Origin: Terriglobia bacterium
GTDB taxonomy: Bacteria > Acidobacteriota > UBA6911
Direction: 5' to 3'
Assembly: GCA_963739235.1 (NCBI GenBank)
Contig: CAVTZY010000023.1
Coordinates: 133,746 to 197,745, forward strand
DNA length: 64,000 nucleotides
Shown: piece after piece, positions 1 to 8,445 of the stretch
How the letters are laid out: each line of letters starts with the position of its first letter
Numbering within the stretch: the first letter of the stretch is position 1
The notes under the pieces: model-generated
Databases searched by the model: none
Told to the model about the DNA's origin: nothing
The model's input: only the letters and a program-made list of their open reading frames with translations
Program-made: the position numbers and the translations under genes

Positions 1-1403
1 GCCGATTCGATTTCGAAAGGACCGACCAGATGCCCGCCGGTGTTGATGACATCGTCGTCGCGGCCCACGAACCAGTAGTAGCCGTCGGCATCGATCGAGG
101 CCCGATCGCCGCAAAGATACCAGCCATTCTTGAATTTGGCCTGGTATCCCAGCTCGTTGTTCCGGTAGCTGCGCACCTGCGAAGGCCAGCCCGGGCGCAG
201 TGCAATCAATCCCGCCGCCCCTACCTTGTTGATGGGTTCATGAGTCACCGGATTCAGCACTGTTGCAGTAATCCCCGGAAACGGCTTACCCATCGATCCC
301 GGCTTGATCGGCATGCCGGGGAAGTTGGTAATCACGATGCAGCCTGTTTCCGTCTGCCAGAACGTGTCATGAAATTCTCTGCCGAGCACCTCTCGAGACC
401 AGATCACTGCTTCGGCGTTGAGCGGTTCGCCGACGCTGCAAAGATGGCGCAGGCAGGTCAGGTCATGCTTCTTGACCAACTCGTTCCCCTCTTTCATGAG
501 AAGGCGAATGGCCGTGGGAGCGGAATACCAAACCGTGATGTGATGTTTTTCGATGAATTTATACCAGCGCTCGGCACCGAAACCGGAGTCGAGGACCGCC
601 TGAGTGATGCCGTTTACCCAGGGACCGATGATTCCATAGGACGTGCCTGTAACCCATCCTGGATCCGCATTGCACCAGTAGATGTCGTCCGGGCGCAGGT
701 CGAGTACCCATTTGGCGGTGAGATACTGCGAGATGAGGGAATAGTGAACGTGCTGCGCACCCTTGGGCTGGCCGGTCGTTCCTGAAGTGTAGTGTAGAAC
801 CGACGGGGATTCGGCCGTGGTCGGATGCACCGCAAAACTTTCGATCCGCGGCGTCTTCTCCATTTGAAAAGAAGTCTCGCGTTCCTGCAATGAAGCGTCG
901 CCTGAGTCCACGACAATGATGTGACGCAAATCGGGAAGCTGATTGCGAATCTTGCGTACCTTAAGAACGTGCTTCTTCTGGGTGATGATTGCGGTGGTCT
1001 GAGCGTTGGCCAGTCGCACAAAGAGCGATTCGTCGCCAAACGCCGAGAACAGCGGTTGTGCCACCGCGCCGGTTTTCAGGATGCCGAGAAAACCGATGTA
1101 AAGTTCGGGCACACGGTCCATGAACAGGCAGACGCGTTCGCCCGGCTTGATGCCCAGCCCGACGAGAAAATGGGCAATGGTGTTTGAGAGCAGGCGAATA
1201 TCGTTGTAGGTGAACCGCTTCTCCGTGCCTTGATGGTCTTCCCAGATCAGAGCCAGCTTGTCGGCCAGGCCCAGCTGACAGATGCGGTCGCTGCACATCC
1301 AGCCGATATTGAGAGGGCCGCCTTTTTTGTACCCCAGCTCCTTCTCGGAAATGGACCAATCAAAGTCGGCTGTCAGTTCCCCATACGATGGATAATGGCT
1401 CAT
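1..1403 (-). CDS. AMP-forming acyl-/acetyl-CoA synthetase (AMP-binding enzyme family); 3' end runs off the left window edge
   Basis: Not in the ORF track because it is open at the edge. Manual minus-strand translation from ATG 1403..1401 gives MSHYPSYGELTADFDW...LHYTSGTTGQPKGAQH (AMP-binding core motif)...WYSAPTAIRLL...GEPLN...DGYYWFVGRDDDVINTGGH, with no stop down to base 1. ORF 30..785(+) is its antisense shadow. Confidence 0.85.
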   Translation of the reverse strand, partial: MSHYPSYGELTADFDWSISEKELGYKKGGPLNIGWMCSDRICQLGLADKLALIWEDHQGTEKRFTYNDIRLLSNTIAHFLVGLGIKPGERVCLFMDRVPELYIGFLGILKTGAVAQPLFSAFGDESLFVRLANAQTTAIITQKKHVLKVRKIRNQLPDLRHIIVVDSGDASLQERETSFQMEKTPRIESFAVHPTTAESPSVLHYTSGTTGQPKGAQHVHYSLISQYLTAKWVLDLRPDDIYWCNADPGWVTGTSYGIIGPWVNGITQAVLDSGFGAERWYKFIEKHHITVWYSAPTAIRLLMKEGNELVKKHDLTCLRHLCSVGEPLNAEAVIWSREVLGREFHDTFWQTETGCIVITNFPGMPIKPGSMGKPFPGITATVLNPVTHEPINKVGAAGLIALRPGWPSQVRSYRNNELGYQAKFKNGWYLCGDRASIDADGYYWFVGRDDDVINTGGHLVGPFEIES

Positions 1404-1424
1404 AAGTATGTCCAATCTCGTTCT

Positions 1425-1810
1425 TTATGTTTTCAATCTTCCAGTATTACGATGGCGCCGGCTTGGCTGCCGCTCTGAGTCATGGAGAGCTTGATGCACC
1501 GTCACTCCCAATCGTTCGGATGCCACCTTCAGGCGATCGCGCAGGATCAAATCATAACCCTGGCCGCTCCCGTGCCCAACCTCGACCTCACGAAATAATG
1601 CCAAATCATTGGCCTGCACGCCCAGAGCCTTCATGGCGGCCTCCTTGGCGGCGAAGCAGGCGGCGTATTGATGGACCGGATTCAGTGCCGCGCTGCAAAA
1701 ACGGATCTCCCCGGGGGTGAAAATGCCCTGATAGCCAGCCATTTCCCTTGCGAAAGCTCCCGCTCGACGCGGCCGGTATCTAGAAGATCGACCCCTAAAC
1801 CGAGGATCAT
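1425..1810 (-). pseudogene. acpS: holo-[acyl-carrier-protein] synthase (AcpS-type 4'-phosphopantetheinyl transferase) with two apparent 1-nt frame breaks
   Basis: The middle part (ORF-track frame 1425..1850) reads IFTPGEIRFC...FAAKEAAMKALG. The N-terminus MILGLGVDLLDTGRVERELSQG (ATG at 1810) and the C-terminus IKLSMTQSGSQAGAIVILED* are both in the other frame. Breaks lie near 1745-1750 and 1485-1495. Confidence 0.7.
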
Positions 1811-2139
1811 TGGCGAACGACCCTTCCGCCTCGAAACTTCTGCCCTTCAACCGCTAGGTTTTATATATGTAGAGTGCCCCGTGAGCAAGTGAAATTCCGA
1901 TCTCCGATGTCTCTCCGATTCCATAAGGAAATTCGGCATTTGCGAGATTTTCACGGCTGCCGGAATCCCTGTGAACCGAATCCGCATGGAAATCGTTTAT
2001 CTCTACAAGGATTTAATGGAAAGGGAGTGGACATGAGAAATCGTGTAAACGACTGGCGCTTTGGGCTTCGAGATGTTTGAGATTGCATCCTGTGCTCAAA
2101 TCGGGAGAATCTGATGCTGATTCATACAGAGGATGGGAT

Positions 2140-4608
2140 ATGGAATCGCTGATTCAGGACCTCAGGTTCAGTCTGAAGCTGTTGTGGAAGGACAAGGGAT
2201 TCTCGGCCACAGCCGTTGCCACGCTGGCTGTCTGCATTGGTGCGAACGCCGCCATTTTCAGCGTGATCAATGCTGTGGTTTTGCGGCCATTGCCGGTGCC
2301 TGAGCCCGATCGCCTTGTCTCGATCATGAACAGCTACCCCAAGGCGGGAGTGGAAAGGGCGAGCAACGGCGTTCCAGACTATTACGACCGCCTCCGTGAT
2401 GTGAGCGCATGCGAGGAACAGGCGCTCTACAACACGCCCAGAGTGACGATCGGCGAGAAAGGATCCGTCGAGCAGGTGCGGGCCATGAATGTAACCCCGT
2501 CGTTTTTCCGACTGCTGCGCGTTCCTCCGCTGCTCGGACGCATTTTCTCAGAAGAGGAGGGAACGACAGGCAAAGAGCGCAAGGTCATCCTAAGTTACGC
2601 GCTCTGGCAACGGCTCCATGGCGGCCAGAATTCCGCGCTCGGCAAGGACCTGCGCATCTATGGAAATCCATACACGATCGTGGGCGTCATGCCGAAGAGT
2701 TTTTCTTTCGCGGGTTCCGATATACAAGTCTGGCGGCCTCTGGCGTTTACTCTCGAACAAAAGTCGGATTCAGCGCGCCACAGCAATAGCTATCAGATGA
2801 TCGGGCGCCTGAAATCCAACGCCAGCGTGGAACAGGCGCAGGCTCAGGTCAATGTCATCAACGCCGCCAACCTCGAACGATTTCCCGAGATGAAGCAGAT
2901 CATTGTCAATGCAGGGTTCAACACGCGCGTAGTTCCCCTCCAGGACGACCTCATCCGGGATGTCAAGAGAACGCTGTTCCTCCTTTGGGGCGGAGCCCTC
3001 TTTGTGCTTCTGATCGGGGCGGTCAATATCGCCAACATTGTGTTGGCCCGGTCAAGCGCGCGCATAAGAGAGATTGCCACCCGATTCGCGCTTGGAGCCG
3101 GCCGCTGGCGCATTACGCGGCAGCTTATGACCGAGAGTTTGCTTCTGACCTGCTTCAGCTCCGGATTGGGCTTGATTCTCGGCTATTGGGGACTGAAGGC
3201 TCTGAATCAGATTGGGCTCGACCGCTTGCCCAGGGCCGATGAAGTGGCGCTTGATGGTGCGGTCGCCATTTTCATCCTGGGACTTGCGCTGGTGGTCGGA
3301 GTGGCCATCGGGCTGATCCCGATGATGCAGGCGCTCCATGTGAACCTTAATCTGGTCTTCCGTCAGGACGGACGCGCTGGGACCAGCCGCGGAGCACGTG
3401 CCTTGCGGAATGCCCTGGCTGTGGCACAGGTTGCAATCGCGCTCGTCCTGCTCATCGGCGCCGGATTGCTGCTTGCCAGTTTTCGCAAAGTCATCGCCAT
3501 CAATCCCGGGTTCGACACTCCGCAACAGGTGCTAACGGGATCGGTGACCCTGCCCGCGGCGCGCTATAAAAGCGACGCCGACAGGCGTTCCTTCATAGCT
3601 CGCGCCCTCGAGAGCATTCGCAGCGTTCCGGGCGTCCAGCAAGCGGGTGCCACCGATACCATTCCTTTCGGGAGTCGCTATAGTGACGGCGTGATCCTGG
3701 CGGAAGGGTACGAAATGAAACCCGGCGAATCGCTGGTGTCTCCCAACCAAGTCGTTGTCACTCCCGGATATTTTGAAGCGATGGGGATCCCGCTCCTTCA
3801 GGGACGCCGATTTGACGAACGGGACTCGGAGAACTCGGCGCAAGTGATCATGGTGGACGATCGACTGGCACGCCGGTTCTGGGGTGACAAGAGCCCGATC
3901 GGCAGGCGTATGTGGAGGCCCTCCAGCCCACAGAATCTTCTCCACCCCGATGAAACTTCTCATTGGTACACAGTGGTGGGCGTCATCCGCAGCATAAAAC
4001 TGCGCGCCCTGGTGGACACGGACGAGAGAGTCGGCGCCTACTTTTCCCCCTTTTCCCAGGCGCCGAACTCGACGATGACCTTTGCCTTGAAATGTTCTCG
4101 CAACACGGCTTACCTGATTTCCGGACTGAGGGGCAGGATGGCTGAACTTGATCCCGAGCTTCCCCTCTATGATCTGCGGACGATGCAGGAACGCACGGAA
4201 GAATCGCTGACCTCCCGCCGGTCGCCATTGGTCCTGTCCATGGTGTTCGGCCTGGTTGCGCTTTTTCTCTCCGGCTTGGGCATCTACGGCGTTCTGGCCT
4301 ACATGGTCGCCCAGCGAACCAAAGAAATCGGCATCCGCATGGCCGTCGGGAGCACCCCGGAGGGGATCTTTCACCTGATTCTTAAGGAAGGAGTCGTCAT
4401 CCTAGCCATTGGATTTGCCCTCGGTCTATCGGGAGCGTTCGCGGTGGGAGAATACATACGGAGCATACTCTATGGCGTGCAGCCGACGGACCCCGCGGTC
4501 ATGCTGTCCGTAGCCGCCATTCTCGCTGTTGTTGCGCTGGCAGCCTGCGTTCTGCCCGCCCGCCGGGCGACCCGGGTTGATCCGATCATGGCGCTCCGGT
4601 GCGAATAG
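2140..4608 (+). CDS. ADOP-family / MacB-FtsX-like duplicated ABC transporter permease
   Basis: ORF 2077..4608. Likely start is ATG 2140 (MESLIQDLRFSLKLLWKDKGFSATAVATLAVCIGANAAIFSVINAVVLRPLP) behind AGAGGA. Two FtsX-type permease halves are present, and the C-terminus ARRATRVDPIMALRCE is typical of the family. Confidence 0.9.
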   Translation: MESLIQDLRFSLKLLWKDKGFSATAVATLAVCIGANAAIFSVINAVVLRPLPVPEPDRLVSIMNSYPKAGVERASNGVPDYYDRLRDVSACEEQALYNTPRVTIGEKGSVEQVRAMNVTPSFFRLLRVPPLLGRIFSEEEGTTGKERKVILSYALWQRLHGGQNSALGKDLRIYGNPYTIVGVMPKSFSFAGSDIQVWRPLAFTLEQKSDSARHSNSYQMIGRLKSNASVEQAQAQVNVINAANLERFPEMKQIIVNAGFNTRVVPLQDDLIRDVKRTLFLLWGGALFVLLIGAVNIANIVLARSSARIREIATRFALGAGRWRITRQLMTESLLLTCFSSGLGLILGYWGLKALNQIGLDRLPRADEVALDGAVAIFILGLALVVGVAIGLIPMMQALHVNLNLVFRQDGRAGTSRGARALRNALAVAQVAIALVLLIGAGLLLASFRKVIAINPGFDTPQQVLTGSVTLPAARYKSDADRRSFIARALESIRSVPGVQQAGATDTIPFGSRYSDGVILAEGYEMKPGESLVSPNQVVVTPGYFEAMGIPLLQGRRFDERDSENSAQVIMVDDRLARRFWGDKSPIGRRMWRPSSPQNLLHPDETSHWYTVVGVIRSIKLRALVDTDERVGAYFSPFSQAPNSTMTFALKCSRNTAYLISGLRGRMAELDPELPLYDLRTMQERTEESLTSRRSPLVLSMVFGLVALFLSGLGIYGVLAYMVAQRTKEIGIRMAVGSTPEGIFHLILKEGVVILAIGFALGLSGAFAVGEYIRSILYGVQPTDPAVMLSVAAILAVVALAACVLPARRATRVDPIMALRCE

Positions 4609-4971
4609 CCATCTATCATGGAACGCCCCGATCTGACACGGACGGCATCTATCCAGATTTGGCAACGGGCTCGGATGTGCGTCGTTGGCTGGATCAAGCA
4701 GAAGCCGATGTCTTGCTTGTTGGCCATACTCACATTCCATTCACTATTTCTGTCCCCGGCCGAGGCATGATTGCCAATCCAGGAGCACTCCTCGTGTATG
4801 TCGGAAGCGCACAATCCTTAAATCTATACCCCCTCCGCCGGAGGATTCGTCCACGAGCATGCCGCCGAATATGGCACGTTCGGTATCCCCCAACTGCCAT
4901 CCCTCCAATTCACCGTGCACCGTGCCTCCGACGGGAAAGAACTCCAAGTCAATCACAGGATGCTGTTTTAA
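4599..4971 (+). pseudogene. metallophosphoesterase (YfcE/MPP-like) remnant, N-terminally truncated and frameshifted
   Basis: ORF 4599..4997 contains LLVGHTHIPF...NPGAL. A different frame continues with GGFVHEHAAEYGTFGIPQLPSLQFTVHRASDGKELQV* (stop 4969..4971). The N-terminal metal-binding half is missing, and the permease stop abuts the fragment. Confidence 0.55.
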
Positions 4972-5033
4972 CTCACGTTAAATATAATTTCACTTGAAAA
5001 TTAACAGATTCATGTGTTAATTATCATTTCACC

Positions 5034-6074
5034 ATGAGCCTCATAACAAAAAAGGACGCCTCGATTCTCGGTGGGATAGGACCGTCGGTTTTGAGCAACT
5101 GGCGAAAGCGCGATCTGGAGTTCCGATCCTGTATTCGCCCAACAGCCTCCGGTGAGCGCATCGACAAAGAGAGTTTTTGTAGCTACCTGAGTGAGAGGAA
5201 GGGGTTCAAGCTTCTTACGCTTAAAGAGATGGCAAGTGCCATAAAAGTAATAGGAAGAGTTGGGAAACAGATCAGCAAGTGTCGGCCATGCATCGATGAT
5301 CCCTTGCCGCCATGGCCTTCGGATCTGTTTGATCAAATTGCGGCACCTTTCGAGTCTTGCCTTGAAGAGCGCTCACGCATAGGTCGAGAATTGGCCCAAG
5401 TTACTGGACGATTGCTGGCACCATTTGGAGAGCCGCTGATGCAAGTCGATTCGGCTCTCCTGCGCTGCCTGTCGAACGACAGTGAGAACCAGTTTTCGAA
5501 CTGGTTGGCTTACCTTCTTGGTCAGATGAAAAATGCGGACATCCTGAAATTGTTTGGCCTAACAGCATTCTTGACTGACACGGAAAAGAACGACCGGCCA
5601 AAAAAGGTGTGTCGTGAATCCTGGGTTGCATCGGGTCATGAGAATCAGACCGGTCGCCTCGACATCTTTGTCGAATGCACACCTATGGTGCATATCTGCA
5701 TCGAAACGAAACGTGGCGAGGCGCAATCCGCCGACACAAGCAAACAACGGGGATACTTCAGATCGCTACGCCGTCAGGGGATCACCCTTTTTTGCTTTCT
5801 CCTGGTGACTCATTCAAGCGAACCTGTAGTTGATAATTTCGATGTTATTCTTTGGCGAGATCTGACTCTGCGATTTCGACGCTGGGTCATTTCAGTATTG
5901 AGGAAGCGTTCGGGTCCGCACATATACTTAGCCTTTGTTCTTGGATTTGTAGCTGCCGTTGAACGAGGGATTCTGGGCTTATCGCTGGGCACGGACACTG
6001 GTGTTCCTTCCGTCGAAACAATCGCCTATCTTACCAAGTTCGTGAATGTAGAAAATGTAGAAGAGGATGCCTGA
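5034..6074 (+). CDS. hypothetical protein with an N-terminal HTH-like segment and a C-terminal PD-(D/E)XK nuclease-like core
   Basis: 346-aa ORF in a visibly AT-richer block. ITKKDASILGGIGPSVLSNWRKR resembles an XRE/MerR-type HTH. GRLDIFVE...VHICIETKRGE fits a D...E-x-K nuclease motif. Confidence 0.6.
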   Translation: MSLITKKDASILGGIGPSVLSNWRKRDLEFRSCIRPTASGERIDKESFCSYLSERKGFKLLTLKEMASAIKVIGRVGKQISKCRPCIDDPLPPWPSDLFDQIAAPFESCLEERSRIGRELAQVTGRLLAPFGEPLMQVDSALLRCLSNDSENQFSNWLAYLLGQMKNADILKLFGLTAFLTDTEKNDRPKKVCRESWVASGHENQTGRLDIFVECTPMVHICIETKRGEAQSADTSKQRGYFRSLRRQGITLFCFLLVTHSSEPVVDNFDVILWRDLTLRFRRWVISVLRKRSGPHIYLAFVLGFVAAVERGILGLSLGTDTGVPSVETIAYLTKFVNVENVEEDA

Positions 6075-6630
6075 TATGACTGAAGACGAATCCATCGATC
6101 CGAAGAGTACCTCTCCTCAGATCGACCTGCTACATGTAGCATTGCCTCAATATGGAGTTGCGGCCCCTGCCATGCACCTTGTCCAAAGCATCGTTTCGCG
6201 CAAACTCAAGGCAGTCCTTGATGCACAACGCGATCACATTAAGGTTGCCTGGAAACTCGAGGAAGCTCTGGGAGAGATAATGCGTAGTGTCTTTCCCGCT
6301 TTCCCGGAGGATGACTATGAGTATGACCCAGCTGACATCCACGTTAGGGTTTGGCTGGGTAATCCTCAATACGCAACTCTGTGGCTGTTTCTCCGTTTTC
6401 CACGCGCAAGCGAACGAGAGAAGCGCATATCCATAAATGTCGGTTTGGAAGTTTCACAGAAGTACCGTCGCGCTGAACTCGTGGCAAAAGTAGGTCGACA
6501 CCCAAACCTCTTCGAAGAAGAATGGGATGGCTACAGTGTGGGTCTTAGTAGAGAACTAAAATCTATTGACTCGATTGAAGAGGAAGCGAAGGCGTTACTC
6601 GGAGATTACATTGCCATTTTCGAAACATAA
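6067..6630 (+). CDS. hypothetical protein (187 aa), translationally coupled to 5034..6074
   Basis: The ATG overlaps the upstream stop by 8 nt (ATGCCTGA). Composition matches the neighbouring genes. No family recognised. Confidence 0.55.
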   Translation: MPDMTEDESIDPKSTSPQIDLLHVALPQYGVAAPAMHLVQSIVSRKLKAVLDAQRDHIKVAWKLEEALGEIMRSVFPAFPEDDYEYDPADIHVRVWLGNPQYATLWLFLRFPRASEREKRISINVGLEVSQKYRRAELVAKVGRHPNLFEEEWDGYSVGLSRELKSIDSIEEEAKALLGDYIAIFET

Positions 6631-6672
6631 CTGAAATTGTGCGCAACTGCAACACCGGGAGTGAACTGAATC

Positions 6673-6960
6673 ATGGCAGACATATCAGGCAATTGGATTT
6701 GTTCCGGACATATGTATAGGTTATGGCAACATGGGAAGTATTTTGAATGGTCGACGGATCGCCATGGCGCGGCTAAACGACAAGTGGGCTTAGGTTCGTT
6801 TGAGAGCGACAACGAAGTGAGAGCCTTTTGGAACTTCCACAACGGCAAGCAAGGAGAGATCAAAGATGCCAAAGGAAAGCTCGTCTTTGAGGGTGCCACG
6901 TGTGTCAAGATCGAGTGGTCAGACAAAGAAACATTCCTTCGTCCCAAGCAAATTGAGTAG
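6673..6960 (+). CDS. hypothetical small protein (95 aa)
   Basis: Third co-directional ORF of the AT-rich cassette. No family recognised. Confidence 0.45.
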   Translation: MADISGNWICSGHMYRLWQHGKYFEWSTDRHGAAKRQVGLGSFESDNEVRAFWNFHNGKQGEIKDAKGKLVFEGATCVKIEWSDKETFLRPKQIE

Positions 6961-6974
6961 AGATTTCTCCCTAG

Positions 6975-8445
6975 TCAGTGACTTCGATGCCCAAGGGCCC
7001 TGACTATATCAACCATTCCCGACATGTCCTGCGAACAATACCTCTCAAGTTGATCCATGATCGTGACGCGTTCCGAATCTGGAAGTTCCGCGAATGCCAT
7101 GTCGAGGAACCTCAGACTGGCAGTACTTCCGTTGGCTATTTCCAGATCATCATAGCTGCGCCCGGTCAAAGCAGGCAGGACCGCCTTTAAAGAGGCAGTC
7201 CCAAGCTGATCCGGGTGGTAGTAATGAAATGCTCGGAACGGCACCAGCAGATCAACGAAACGCGGAATCAGCTTTCGCACCCAACTGGAATACCCTGGGC
7301 AGTGGTCTGCACATTCTGCCAAAATCCGAATCTCGAATGGTGCATTATAGGCGACGATGCTGCCCCTCTCGCCCAGTTCGGCTGTTAGGCGCGATAGAAT
7401 CTCGGGCCTCGGGTCTTTCGCACCGTCTGCCAGAAATCCGGCGTGTTCGACTTCGGCGCCGGGTGAGCGGAGTGTGCACAGAGAGTACTGAAACGTCACC
7501 TGCTGATATGGACGCACGAGGTCATACACCGGAATCGCCGTCATGAACGTTTCGAAGTCCAGGAAGTGGAGAGGATACTCGAGACGACGCAGGAAACTGG
7601 CTAGCACCTCCTTGTCGACGTGAGGCTGTCCTGATTTTTCGCACTCCACTTGGATTCGCTGGTTGTCCGTTAACGGAAAGTCATCGGGGATGTCCTTGAG
7701 TCTTAGGATGCCTTGTCCCATTAGTTTCATTTTGCTGCCACCGCCACGGTACAGGGAAAAAACATTCCGTTCCGGAAGAAAAGACCAGCATGAGTCCTTC
7801 AACGGGCAGGGATAAGGAAGGTTGCAGTGCCCGCCGACTTCTGCCTTTGGGCAGCTTTTCAAGCGGATAATATCGCCCATTTTTCCCACTTGCTCCGGGA
7901 TTCCGGGCAAGATCGAAGCAATCTCTCGTGTGATGTCCTGCCTCTTGAAGAGTTCCTTGGCGCTGATGTCCCCATGCCGAACATAGGAATTGTCGATGTG
8001 CATCAGGAAACAGCGGCGGATACGGATTCCCGCCCCTTCGTAAACGTACTTTTGAAACGCCACATCCTGCAAATGTATGTCCTTCACCTCGGTGGTGCTC
8101 TTCACTTCGATCAGATCCCACGCGCCGGCGGGACCCGGGTCGAACACATCTGCGCGCAAAAGCGCGGCCGTGCGTGAAGCTGGTTTCGAATATCGGTCTC
8201 CTCTCTAGCAACGCGGCTTTTGACCTGGCGGTCACTTCTTCGAAGTCTTCTGTCCAATTAATCATGATTCCGCCGGGGAACAGGCTGGTCGCCAGTTCGC
8301 CCACGAGCTGACCCTGGTCAAAAATTGCCTGCGTCGAGGGATCTGGCTCAGGAATCTGTCGCTTGTCGTTGTAATGCGTCCAGAGCAGCTTCGGGCATTG
8401 AAGGCCTGCGATGAACTTACTCTTGGAAAGGAATGGTTCAGTCAT
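6975..8445 (-). pseudogene. DUF2779-type protein (Cas4/RecB-like PD-(D/E)XK nuclease with Cys cluster plus RNase-H-like exonuclease domain); one frame break near 8160
   Basis: The N-terminal part lies in ORF 7681..8502 (likely start ATG 8445: MTEPFLSKSKFIAGLQCPKLLW...SFTHGRAF). The rest lies in ORF 6975..8159 (RADVFDPGPAGAWDLIEVKSTTEVK; CNLPYPCPLKDSCW; LHFLDFETF...YNAPFE). The ATG overlaps the AAA+ gene stop by 8 nt. Confidence 0.7.

Noticed and set aside
30-785. 251-aa plus-strand ORF at the left edge
   Set aside because: It is the antisense shadow of the edge-truncated acyl-CoA synthetase gene. The minus strand carries clear AMP-binding motifs. High GC inflates antisense ORFs.
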